Assembly: GCA_900088475.1 (NCBI GenBank)
Contig: FLMG01004613.1
Span: 1-49,124 of the forward strand
Reading direction: 5' to 3'
Length of the DNA stretch: 49,124 nucleotides
From: Hyphochytrium catenoides
Taxonomy: Eukaryota; Protista; Hyphochytriomycota
Part shown: piece after piece, positions 11,657-24,500 of the stretch
How the letters are laid out: each line of letters starts with the position of its first letter
How positions within the stretch are numbered: position 1 is the stretch's first letter
Made by a program: the position numbers and the translations under genes
The notes under the pieces: generated by a model
Database searches by the model: none
The model's input: only the letters and a program-made list of their open reading frames with translations
Told to the model about the DNA's origin: nothing

Positions 11657-14458
11657 CTACAGAATAGATCTGAATTTGTCCGCAAGACTCTTAGGAGGCA
11701 TCGGTGGTGCGGCAAGTCGACGAAGGCGTGGAACTTCCATGTCAATGATATTCCGCAGCTGGTCAATCTCTGTCCTTCGAACTTTTTGCATTTGGCTTAG
11801 CCCAATCGTCTTCATCGCCACCTATACAAAAGATAACCAGCGCTCACTTCACTGTAGTCTTGATAATGACTTTAGTCGGAGAGTTACTTACCATAAGCTG
11901 TGGCAATACTCTCTTCCAGAGGGAGAAGACGAACTCGTCGTTCTCTACAATTTGAGTGCTATAGTGTTGCCTGAACAAGTCCGTCAGGCCTGACTCGCTC
12001 GTCAGATGCTGGCATGATTCGGTAAGGATACCCAATGAGCGATTTTTCCACCAGCGCGTAAAAAGACGAGCAATAGCGTCATACCTCGATGAACTCATCC
12101 AGCGACTTTTTACTAAAGTAGTGCACAACTCCATAGGAAGAGAGAGAGAAGGCTCCCGCTGTTATTGAAAATTCTATGGGCACACCAATGAAGAAGGAGG
12201 CTGCCGTCAACGATGCCCCACCCAGGAACACGCTGCCTGAGATCAGTCTTCTCTTCCATAGCTCGCTTGAATAGCCTTGGCGTACAGCTTCAAAGAGCTT
12301 CATAAAAAATGACAGGCAGGAACATCTGAGATTAGTTTACCTCGTCAGATAGAGAAGCACTATCAAGATAGAGGTCTCAGATGATAATAGTAGAACGGTG
12401 CCCCATGCAAAACAGCTTATTGTAAGTTCTGCTGCAGCAAAAAACGTCACTACCAGTTCACTTTAGGAGCTGAATGGTGGGTACGTGATGATCTCAACTG
12501 GGAAGCAAGAAGAAAGAAGCAACAACTCTGACGTACGGTGGCATGCATTTGAACTAGGCATGTAGAGTCATAGAGCCTGGTAATGACGTTATCAATACGT
12601 CGGTCTGGAGCTTTCAGAACTTCGTTGATAACCTACAATCCAACACTCACCCGTTAGAGATGCAGCTCAGCCACTGACATTTTTAGTCTCACTTGATCAT
12701 TTGTCTCGCGCTTCTCCTTACCTCATCCCTAACGCCGTCTAAGTCCTCCAGAGCTTTAGCTATTCCTGAATCCTTGGGGACTGGGTCCTGGCCCGGAATG
12801 TACATGGTATAGATTCTAGAAACGTGTAACAATAGGTTGAGCACACTTTTTCAGGAGGAACAACGAATGTCCCAGACTTGAGGGCTGAGCAGGAAGCCAC
12901 AAGCAAAAAAAAAGGAGCCACAAGCTTAAGACAAGAGACTTCTCACGCTCTTGAAGAGAGGGAAATGAACCAGCGTACTCCACTGTTTGCAAATCAGCTA
13001 CGTATTACTAACCTTACCTTGGCAAGTCCTTTCTAGGAATGACCTTGGATAGGTTCCAACAAAGGGACCCATAAGCCCTGGCGAAGTCATGAATACGCCT
13101 AAATTGATCCACTTTATTCATAACAATGTGCAGCTTATGGTCCATGCCTGCAATCGTAGACCTTAGTAAGCGCCCCATTATAAGCCAACAAGGAAGATGG
13201 ATTTTGATGAATGAATTGGCGAGGACTTACCGACAAGAGAGGACGTCAGGATCTCCAGTGTTTCTCCTGTTGTTCCCTTGGAAGAAAACAATGAGCATAC
13301 CCTAGCCTCTAGGTCCCCTTTCTCAAATCTCTTACCGGCTTGTCCGGATCGAAGAATAGCAGGATCACGTCTGCTCTCTCTGCAAACCACCGGGTGACTC
13401 CCACAAAGTCATAACCTCTGTCCGACACGTCCTGTTGGCTCACAATCTGCCCACCCTCGCCATGCCTTCTCAGTGCTCTTCTCTGGCTGGTGGGGCTGTC
13501 AATCATGCCTGGGCTGTCCACAAGCATGAAGTCAAGCTTTAGGTCTTTCCGCACTTTGAGAGCAGAGTGATGGATGAGGGCTGGCCCGAATTGCCTGAGC
13601 CCTGCAAATCCCAGATCTGGATCTCCTACCATGGTGGGGCCATCCTGGTCCACGTCCACATCGCCTGACGAGGACACCAAGTAATATATGAGTGTGAATA
13701 GCCGGAGACGTTACAACTGGCTTTAGTGATGAGGCTAGAACTCGACAGATGGCAAGGGATTTAAGGGCTGCAAGGAGGGGGAGAGGCGGTAATAAGGAGC
13801 CATAAAGTGAAGAATAGTTGGCACCTGGAGCGATGATCGTGAAGCTATCGTCTGTAGGGGCAACGCCTGTGGCTTGAACATTTCTGCCCAGCACCGAGTT
13901 GATGAAGCTACTTTTACCCGAAGAGTGGTTACCCAGCAAGAACACAAAGGGCAGAGACGTCATTTGGTCATTGTAGCGCTCCAGGGGACCTATAAACGTA
14001 TTAAGTAGAGAGAGAGATGAAACAATATTAGGTGAAAGTGGTAGCCCAAGAACTAGCCAATGGAGGGCGGCGCAATGCCCACAGACGGTAGGAGATAAGC
14101 CTAGGAAAGAGGAAGTTCTCTCAAGACTTCGGCCTGGCTGAAGTATGCTCTCAGGTCGATTGGAACCCACCCATGAGCCTCTTGTTCAGTGGTCCTAGAA
14201 AGTCCATGGTGATAGCATCCGTCTTCTTAACAATCTCTACTTGGGACTCCGCCGCCATAAACCTCTCTCGGTTGACACTCCCGATCGTATAGGCTCTGGT
14301 GAGGTACACACATCTTGCGGCGGGCCGCAGAGCTAGAAAGTGATCACAAAGAAGTGTAAAGAGACTATGGAACCCGATGTTAGAACATAGCATACGCTCA
14401 ACCTACCCAGACTGCTGCTCTGCAGCTTGCTGACCCGAAGGGCGGACGTCAGCATCAT
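11657..14458 (-). CDS. Dynamin-superfamily GTPase (EHD/sarcalumenin-related G domain) with putative mitochondrial presequence and C-terminal TM hairpin; MidX/MfnL-like
   Basis: Spliced product has G1 GNHSSGKSSFIN, G2 TGVAPTDD, G3 DSPGMID, FFDPDKPGTTGETL, G4 NKVD and DFARAYGSLCWNLSKVIPRKDLPRIYTM. A hydrophobic segment LISGSVFLGGASLTAASFFIGVPIEFSITAGAFSLSSYGVVHYF lies near the C-terminus. There is no EH domain. Stop TAG at 11657-11659. Confidence 0.85.
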
Positions 14459-15020
14459 CTTGCCAAAGGGCTGCCTTCCGCAACTTCCACTGTTTGGAGA
14501 AGTAGCTAGACGGGACAAACTCTAGTCTCTCACTGTTATCTGCACCTCTGGTGGCGCCAATAGCTGCGCCAATAGCCAACTGAAGTCTGCCGGCTTGGGT
14601 CTACTCCCGCTGTGTCCAACAGGGGAAGGAGCGGCGGAATCCGAGAGAACGATTTCTTCTCCGGACGGCTGTGAACAATCTGCGAGAGAGGAGAGAATTA
14701 AGATAATGGTATTTAGGGTAGACCTTTGTCTATTCACGGGTATCCTCGGACTAGGGTGTTACCTTCGAGGTACATAATACGGCTAACTCAGGTTTTGGTT
14801 GTGGGTCAGAATCTGGGCAATCATCTGATCACTTTTCCCAAGCATGATCGTCCGGCCTTCCCTTTCTGATCCTGTTCTTTGGCGTCGCCGCCGTTGCCCA
14901 TCTTGACTAGTCTGGCTCAGAGGATCGAAGGGAGCCCTACGATAGAGGCATTGACATTGTTACAAGGAAGAGTCGCCGCGGACCAAAGATTTGTCTTCAA
15001 GTTGCAGAGACACTCGAGCA

Positions 15021-15634
15021 ATGAAGGCGACGGCGTTATCTAGGGCGTATCTTCGCCTAGCCTCAAGAGGAAGGCATAGTGAAGAGACACTCAAGCGCGT
15101 TGGTTCGAAGCAAAGGCTTCATCGGGGTATGAGTTCGTTTACCCATCTCACTGAAGATCAAAAGCTACCAACGATGGTCGACATATCTCACAAGATTGCG
15201 ACGGAACGGACTGCTACCGCCCAGGCAGTTATATGGGTAAGGCTGAAAGGTGTACCAAATTGAACGCGTACTAACTGCGCTTAAAGTTGCCTGAGGAGGT
15301 GATGAAGCAGCTTCAAGCAAAGCAGCAAAATGGTGACATCATAGGGCCCAAGGGGCCAATCTTCTCAACTGCCATTGTTGCCGGGGTTCAAGGTGCCAAG
15401 AGGACGAGTGATCTCATTCCATTCTGTCACCCGCTCCCTATCGACAACTGCAATGTCAATGTCTCTATAGACGGACCCAACACGGTTAAAGTCCAATGTA
15501 CCGTCAAAGTCACTCATAAGACGGGAGTTGAGATGGAAGCTCTAACAGGAGCGTCAATTGCTGCTCTCTGTATCTATGACATGTGCAAAGGACTCTCCCA
15601 TGACATTGTACTGAAGGAGACAATGCTTCTCAAA
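15021..15634 (+). CDS. moaC: Cyclic pyranopterin monophosphate synthase MoaC (MOCS1B/CNX3-like), stand-alone; 3' end lost in assembly gap
   Basis: Exon 15021-15236, 50-nt GT-AG intron, then exon 15287 to the gap. Motifs FTHL-MVDISHK-TERTATA, KGPIFSTAIVAGVQGAKRTSDLIPFCHPL, KTGVEMEALTG, IYDMCK. Basic N-terminal extension. Confidence 0.95.
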
Positions 15635-15699
15635 NNNNNNNNNNNNNNNNNNNNNNNNNNNNNNNNNNNNNNNNNNNNNNNNNNNNNNNNNNNNNNNNN
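15635..15699. other. Assembly gap (N run)
   Basis: Run of N. It should contain the last few MoaC codons and the stop. Confidence 0.99.
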
Positions 15700-15755
15700 A
15701 ATAAATACAAAGAGTAGGATAGCTCTGCCGCGAACAGAGAGAGAGCTTCAGTCCT

Positions 15756-17488
15756 TTACGATAGAGCTCCCAGGTCATCATAGTTCTCTGGGAGGAGTTT
15801 CAGGAGCTCAGGCGGCAGCATATTCTTGAGATTTTCTCGACTAGTCCTATGCAGTCCCATGCGCTTGAGGATCTCGTTGTCATCATTAATCTCAAATGGC
15901 GCACTGAAGTTATAGAAAACGTTCTGCCGGTCTTCAGGCATTTCACACTGGATAATGGTCTGTGCGTCAGTGTTTATGGTGATGAATGGCAGTTGAATGC
16001 GTGTAGACTCGTCGTCAAGGTCTGGCGGCTGCTGTTGAGTACGAGCTTGATTTCGGATAATAAGGTTCTGGAACGCGATGTGCTGCATGGCAGGATGTGA
16101 GAGAAGTAAGAGTGAAATAGCTGTTGTAAGTACAGGGGAGGGGTCTCTGACACGAGAGAAGCTGATTACCTGCACCATCAACTCCCTCAGATGCTGCTGC
16201 TTCTTTTCGATGCTCTTTAACCGGGCCGTCTTCTCTCTCTACGTGGTTCCATTAGAGACGTAGCGTAAGCCCAGACGGATCTAACGGCAATGACAAGTAC
16301 GTGGTCTCACCTGCATGACCTCCAAGTCATGCTTCACATTAGAGGGTAACCCTTTCCACTTTATCTCTTTCTTCTCCTTAGAGATTATGTCCATTGCCAT
16401 CAAGACGTTTAACGCGTCGTATACTCGCCGTCGGATGTTCTTTTCGTCATATGTCTAGACAGGCAGTCTAATGAGTGCGATGGGCGGACCACAGATAACT
16501 TAAAGAGGAAAGTCCGCGTTGAAAGCATCAAGAACGCTCAAAATCCAATGAGTCCGAAGGGCCTCGATGATGTTAAGGCCTTTCGGGGCGATTATCTACT
16601 AACACATACTCTCACCTGATCCTGCGGCCTAAGAGACGCATTCTCCGACAGCTCCTTTACCAGATCGTCCGCAACTTCGTTGTAAGTCGTGGTCTGTTTC
16701 TCCTCCACCTTTTGACAGACCTTCATGCTGAAGTGTCGGAGGCCTTTGTTGGACTTGTCTGCCATTGTCTGCCGTGAGGCTTTCTTCTTCTTTCCTTGCC
16801 CGCTGAGGTGTATCGAGATGTATTGTATGCGATGACTGGTGAGCGAGAAGGAAGAGCATAAGACGTAGGAGCGACACACCTTTCCATAGAGAAATTGGAG
16901 ACAGAATCATCTTCCTGAAATAACTCATTCGCTTTGCGTTTTCTCGTTGAGTTCAAAACTTCTGCACCATCGTTCAGAGAGGATGTATCGGATACTCGCT
17001 TTGGACTTGTTGCGAGAGGAGCAGGCCCTGCTAACGTAACATAAATAAGAATGAAGGGTGAGGGCTGCCTGCTGACTCTCTCCCTTTTTAATTAGACCCT
17101 ACACCTTACCTGCCGAAGCCGTGCTCGTTCTTAGGTTCAGGACCTTGCCATCGCGGAGCATCCCCGAGCCCTTCGCGAGCTTTTCTAGCTCTGGATCTGA
17201 CCGTAGATCATTCAGGAAGTCCTCGTTCATATCATACTTACCCTCCCCCATCCCGGCCGATCTGTTGTCACTGGCAGGAGTCGCTCTAGTGCTAGAGTTC
17301 ACAGTCTTAGCTGCCTCCTCCTCCGCAGCCTTTCTCTGTTGCTCCTGCAATCTTTGAAGCTCTCTTTTTGTTAGCCTTGGAGTTGGAAGTGTCGAGGCAG
17401 AGCCACTTCCATTGTTGGTCCCAAGGCGTGCAGCAGCGCTTGCCGTTGCTGCTTTAGCCACGGCTGAGCCTTGTCTCCTGGTCGCCAT
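15756..17488 (-). CDS. TFDP: Transcription factor DP (E2F dimerisation partner); multi-exon
   Basis: [66 protein letters not shown] (DEF box), [10 protein letters not shown] and FNFSAPF-like [25 protein letters not shown] at 17486-17488. Confidence 0.96.
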
Positions 17489-18542
17489 GTAGAAGTTCTC
17501 CCGACAAATCGGCAAATCCTGGCTTGAGCCGCCGACGATAAGGCTGCTCTGCACTTCTCAAGAGTGCAGTACTAAGTCACAATATAGCTTCTCATCAGGC
17601 CCTGAAGACCGCTTTAGCTACAATGGTACTTGTAGAGCTTATATACTCCTTCGGTTATGGACACTTGACGTGAGGGGGACTCAAACGGCCGTCAAAGCGA
17701 GGACTCTGTCATACAGCTCTCATAGTCCTGTGCTGTGAGATAGACAGAGCCAAGAGTCCACTCTTTCCCAGCTCAGATGAAGGCAGCGAGGCTGAGAGCG
17801 GGTCTGCTATCTAGCACATAAATGCAGATGCCAATCTTTTGCTTGTGGATCTTCGTTCACCTCTGTGCATCCCATCCAGCAGGCCCCTGACAGACAGCAG
17901 CAAGGGGTGGCACCTCTCAACTCAGCTTCGTTCCGTACAGTAAGAAGATCAACAGTCCAATCTCTGTCTCTTGTCTCTGTTGTCTCTTCTACCAGCCTGC
18001 TTGGTGATGGCAGCCGACTACACAGAGACCTTCTTCCATCTTCAGGGGGGCGGCAGGACCGCTAACGGTTGGTATTATTCCGATTTTTGGTAAAGCTGAT
18101 TATCACGCGGTAGTAACTAAATAGTAACTGGGTAATACTATTGGGAATGAGAAGATACGGATGAGGGATATTAACCTATCTATAACTGATCGGTATAGTG
18201 GGTGAAGCGTTACAGCGGCTGCTGTGATGGACGAGCTCAAGAATGTCGTTTGCGGGCGGCTGGCAGACCGAGGTCATCACCTGGAAGGCGCAGTTCTTTA
18301 CTCAGAGATGAAGCTTCTTCCGGCCTTATGAATGGTAGATGGACATAGCCAACTTGCCAAGAGAAATGCAGGAGAGCTGATCGAGGCTGTGCTCCATTAT
18401 TGGGAGCGCAGGTGGGGTGTGGGCGCTGAGAACAAGAGAGCCAAAGCAACATAACATGGGCAGAACCTAAGTATCAGTGGACCGTTCGGAGGCCTTCGGT
18501 AGGTTCCACCAGCAGAAGGCACCTTCCTAAACTCTCAGGACC

Positions 18543-21500
18543 ATGGCGAAAGTCTTGGAAACCCTCATTGCCAAAGGGCGGCGTGTAAAGCGTCCAAAGG
18601 ACCAGAGAGAAGTAGCCTTTGGTCTGGCCGACCTCTCGACACATGGAGAGCTTCACCTGAAAATAGTACAGAAAGGAGGCGTGAGTGCTCTCGTCAAACT
18701 GTTGGAAGGCTCAGAAGATCTTGAGGCCCAACGTTTTGCAGCTGTGGCACTAGGCAACATTTGCTCTACCCCGACTACTCGTCTGCCCGTAGCAGAGGAG
18801 GGCGTCATCCGGTAAATGGACTCTCACTTAGCTGTACACACTTTGTCTAATGCTGACATCAACCCAGCTCTCTGGTGAAGTTTATAAATGGCGATGGAAG
18901 TGATGCCATTGCGCGGCAGTATGCAGCGATGTGTCTAGGAAACTTAGCGGCAGAACCCGAGAATCACGAGGAACTGGTGAAACTGGGAACCATTACGACG
19001 ATGATAGCTCTACTGAAAGGTAGACTGCATAAACTTGCTTCCAGCAACATTCTGATCTGCGAAGTCTTTGAGGGTTTCTTGCATCTTGTCCACTGATGGA
19101 TTCTCTTTCTTTATTCCCCTATGGATCTATTCTCTCCTTCCCTTAATAAGACTGGCTTCCGCTTCAACTAATTATCTTCTCTTGCTCCCTCGAAGGCGAG
19201 GATGTGCAGGGCGGACGGTACGCCGCGTTTACACTTAGCAATCTAGCTGTGAACAAGAATCATCGGCAGCAGCTGGTGACAGAAGGCGTAGTTCCTCCTC
19301 TTGTTGCTCTTGCATGCTCAGAAGAGGTTAATGCTCAGAGACAAGCCCTCTACGCCTTAAGAGGTCCGTTGGCACACTACGCCACTTTTCACTCTTCCGT
19401 CTTGTTGAGGCTCCTAATAAGCTATCTTCTCCTCTGTATCGCCAAGACTGATACCCTCTCTAGTTATAGGGCGTGGAGCTCTCTGAAGCATCTGTCTCTT
19501 TCCTCTCTTGCTCTCACTCTTAATCTGGGGTCTGACTACTGATATCCCATTCCCCATAATAGGAATCGCTTTGAGCCCGGAAAACAGAGAATTGCTTGTC
19601 AAGGAAAGCATTTTGGATCCTCTCATTCTCATGGCAAGGACTGAGAACGTTGAAGTTCTAAGAGAAGTCACGGCAGCGCTTTGCAACCTCTCTTCTGTAC
19701 CCCAGAACAAAGCAGAAATTGCGGACCGATCCATATCAACCATTCTCACCCTTCTTCTCTCTGGAGATCCCGAGGTAAGCTCAACCAAGTGCATTGCTCT
19801 TCTAAGAGCGAACATCTGGTTCGAACAGTCCGTTGACATCAGGAAGCCTGTTGTTTTGCTTTGGAGACCACTTTCTTGCTTGTCATCATACCTGCCACGT
19901 GTCACAACTAGTTCATATCACACTGAGGCTTGTGAAAAGGTCATATGACATCGAGCGTTGGAACTTCTCCTATTCAACCTTTGTAAGTGGCTTAGCTCCC
20001 TGTTGTTATCGCTGGTGTAGGTGGAGCGTCTGGCATGCTCGACAGTGGCTAACCTGATGGAGATGGTGGAGCTTCATGCCAAGCTTCTGCAAGAGCAAGG
20101 ATTGCCCGCGCTTATCGCCCTTGCCTCGGGCAAAGATGCGATATCGAAGGGAGAGGCTTGCAGAGCACTAGCCAACCTAGCCGCCAATACTGAAGTCCAG
20201 CAACAGATACTGAAAGAGGGCGGTCTACAACCTCTGGCATCTTCTATCATGACTGACGACCCAATCTGTGAGCGCTTTGCAGCACTCGCTATCGCGAATC
20301 TATCTACTACCGTCTCAAATCAGGTTAAGATTGTCCAGATTGGGGCGGTTGGCCCGCTCATCAAGTTGGCACAGGGCTATGATAAGGAGTTGGAGGCGAG
20401 ACGATATGCCACTCTCGCCATTGCCAATCTAGCTGCCACAATTGCCAATCATCCTACTATAATCGAGGAAGATGGTGGGAAGAGCTCTTGGTTACTTGCT
20501 TATATCAGCATCACATCACTGGCTCCTCCTATTTATATAGAAGCGTAAAGCTCTGTCTTTATTCTCCTGCGTTAAGTACCTGTCTCTCATCTGCGCAGCG
20601 TAGGGATTCACCTTGTCACCATATCACTGTGATTTCTGAAACTGCTGGACCCGTGCTCCGTTCCTTCTGATGAGCTGCGGCTTTGAATTCTAACCCTGGA
20701 ATTCTCCTTTGGCGCTAATCGGGTCAATTTTATGGATTACAGGTCTTCGAGCTCTCTTTTCCCTCTCGAACACATCGGATCCGCTGTCCCAATACTACGT
20801 GGCGTATGCTCTAGCTAATCTGTCCAGTAACCCTCTCAACCATCGACGGATCGTTGAAGAAGGAGGGTTGCAGCCTATGATCTCCCTCACCCATTCTAAA
20901 GATCCTGACGTACATCATCAGGCTGCCGCAGCACTGAGAGGGTTAGCTGTCTCAGGTGAATGGCATAGTATTGAGAGGCCAACTGCCTAGGACGCCAAGA
21001 GTTAAAGCGAACCCATACACTTCTCTGTCTTACATTTGTTATGTCAGTCTGTCCTGATCTTTGGGTCGGGAAGGGTCTATAGGCCATCAGTGCGCTCGTT
21101 GTCTTTGCACATTGAACTCTAACGGTAGGATCACTCTATTCTCTCCCTCGCTCTAGATGAAAACAAGATGAAGATAGTTCAGGAAGGCGGGTTAGAGCCA
21201 CTTGCTCTCCTTCTTCGGTCTGAGGAGATCGAGGTCCTCAGAGAAGTGTGCGGAGCCCTGACCAATCTCTCTCTTTGTGACGAGAATAAGTATGAAATAG
21301 CCAAGTGCGGCGCCATTCCTCCACTTATATTCCACGCACAGTCAGAGGATATGGTTGTGGCTGAACAGGTGAGCCTCTCTTCCCATGCATTGCTAGGCTT
21401 GGCCGCTGCGTCTTTCAAGTTGTAGCGGCGCCGGGTCCCTGTTACATCTAGCTCACCTGCATGTCTTAAGCTTGGTCCATTGGTTGATAATCATCACCAT

Positions 21501-24500
21501 CAACAACCCTCTTATGTTCTAATCCAAAGCACACTGATTTGGGCTATCCTAGGCTTCTGCTACCCTTGCCAACTTGGCTGAAGTACCGGAGAACCAAGTT
21601 AAGATACATTTTGAAGGTGGAATACAGCCTCTCATCACAGTTATGAGAAGCCAATATGTTGAGGTGCAGAGAGAGGCAGGGAGGGCTCTGGCTAATCTCG
21701 CAGCTAATGAAGGAAACCACCAACCCATCATGCAAAGAGGAGGCCATCAGCTGCTTGTCTCTTATCTTCTCTCGCCGGACACTGCCAGTCAAAGGGTTGG
21801 CGCCCTTGGCATTCGAAACCTGTCGACCAATTTGAAGAACCACGTGACCCTAATGGAGTCTGGCGCTATGGAACCTCTAATGACGTTGGCGCGGTCAGAG
21901 GACATTGAGCTTGAGATACAACGGTAAGAGGATTCGACAGAGGACATACTTTCTCCTGTCCTGTGGGTCGACGTCCCCTTCTGACGAAGCGGCCGAGATT
22001 CTCTGCTAATGCTGCTGGCTTGTGTCAGGCTTCCATGAGAGCTCACATTTGTACGTTCTCTCCTCGTGATAGGTATGCCATACTGGCCATTGCAAACCTG
22101 GCTTCTACAGTGGAGAACCACAAAGCTCTCCTTGACGAAGGAACTCTTCCGCTCCTTATCTCTCTCTCCAACGCTCCTGACGAGCTTGTCCGCCAATACG
22201 CGGCCTTCGCATTAGTCAGGGTTGCGCATAATGCCGACCTACGCAAAGTGAGACTTCTTGCTACCTCTACAGGCCTTTGCTCCTTGCTCTGGCAGATTCT
22301 TGCAGATGCTAACTCTTTCTCAGGTCATCACCGAGGAAGGCGGGTTGGACGCTGTCCTCTACTTGGCTAGGACCGAAGATGAAGAGATCCAGAAGGAAGT
22401 CTTGCCCGCCCTATGCACTCTCTCATTCTCAGGTAACTAGATCACAACTATCGCTCACAGACGTTAGCACTTGAAGCAGTGGTTTGCTAGGTTTAATCTC
22501 CAAATCAAACCCAAGCAGTCCATTGTATTCAAATCACTTGCCTCCCTGCTACCTTTGTCCAGCTTTAGATACATGCGTCACTCCTCGTTTGCTCCTGTTT
22601 CCTTATTTCTTTACAATTTGTCCCTTAACTCTGGAGTACTCATCACTCTCATGCCTAGATCCCAACAAGTCAGAAATCTGCAAGAATGGTGGCCTGCCTC
22701 CTCTGATAGCCTCTTTGACTCGATCAAATGTTGGCAGTGAGAGGCAGAGGCAAGCCTGCTGCGCTCTAGCCAACCTGGCTGAGACAGTGGAGAACCAGCA
22801 CAGGATAGTCGCAGCGGGAGCTATTCCTTCGCTGGTGAGAGAACAGCATGGCTCAATTTCGTCCCTTACATTTGCCTGCTGATACTGAGCTCCCAGCGTG
22901 CTAATGACCTGTCCGTCGGCAGGTTGAGATTACTGGGAAGGGCTCATTGGAAGTGCAGAGAGAAGCTGCTCGAGCTCTTGGAAACCTTGCTGCCAATTGT
23001 GACTATGGCGACATCATCATGCGAAAGGTAATATACAGCTCAATCGCCTACGGGAATGGAGCTTCCCACAATCAACGAAAACAGGGCACTAACGCCTCAC
23101 TTTCCAATTTGGTCTGGGTACTAGGGTGCTGTTCCCTATCTGTTGAAGCTCTACAAGTCTGAAGTGGTAGAATGCCAACAGGTGCGCCCCTCTTCTTCCA
23201 TGTTGGTAGTGGTCGGCTTTAAGGCAGAGTCTTCTTCAACTTGTAGCCCTTGCCAGCTTGGTCCCCTACTTTGATCACTTTCTTCTGGCCTCTGTCCGTT
23301 TCTTCCCTTACTGCCGTAGGGGAAGTGCCAAGAACCCAGGTCTTCTGCACACTTCTCATCTGCTTCTCTACGCTCTTCCCGGACAGATGGCGGCAATGGC
23401 GCTGTGTAATATCGCAACCAACGTAAAGAATCAGCAAAAGATGTTGGCAGATGATCTCGGAGTCCTTGAGGCAGTGGTTGCGCTCGTCAAGACCGCGTTA
23501 GATCCCAGAGAGAAGATTGACTATGAAACTGTCCGTTATTCCCTTCTTCTCATCGCCAATCTGGCTGTGTCAGCTTCAAACCACAAGCAGATTGTTACCA
23601 CGGCGCTGCCAACACTCGTCGGTGAGACGGCATGAGCTTCGTAAGCGCATCTTTCGCTCACAATCCAGCTGACCCTATCTCTTCTTCGTCTTGATGCTCC
23701 AGGCTTCAGCAAGCATCACGACCTTAAGTGCCGACAGCACTCCGTTTTTGCTATCGGCAATCTCTGCTCCAACACGGCCTACATCGAGGAGATAGTTGCC
23801 CTGGACTGTGTGAAGCCCTTAATATCATTTGCTTTCCCTGGCGACCTGAATGTTCAGTTTCAAGCCATAGCAGCGCTGAGAGGGTTGGCAGTACATCCGA
23901 ATGTCAGACAACAGATCGTCCGAATGGGAGCCATGGAGCCTTTGATCCTGGCAGTTAGCAGTGAAAGCATTGAGGTGAGGTTGAGAAAGGATGGCTAATG
24001 TAAAGATATAGCACCATAATCTGGGGCCGGTGTGCGCTCCTCTGTCTGTACTGAAGGTCTTAGGCTTACGTCCTGGTTGATCTTTCTTTCTCCAAAATAT
24101 CCACATCTGCGAAGAGAAAGCTAGCATGACGATCCTGCCCTTGTTTCCTCGTTTCCCCACTAGGTACAAAGAGAAGCCGCAGCCGCCTTCTGCAACCTTT
24201 CTCTTAACGAGGAGAATAAGGTGACAATGGTCCGTAGCGGCTGTCTTCCAGCTCTCCTCTCTCTTGCCAACAGTGAAGACCAAGAGAGAGAAAGGTTTGC
24301 AGTGATGACCATCGGGAATCTGGCAGAGATGATAGACGGAAGGACACAGAGAAAGATGCTTGACGAAGGTAGCCCTTGTCTCAACACAATATCTCAAGTT
24401 TTGGCCTATCCAGTGACCACGCACACACCAGCTATTGCATTTCTGTCAGCAATTAAATCGTCTGTGCAGCAGTCCGAGCTGCATCTGCGTTCCATCTCCG

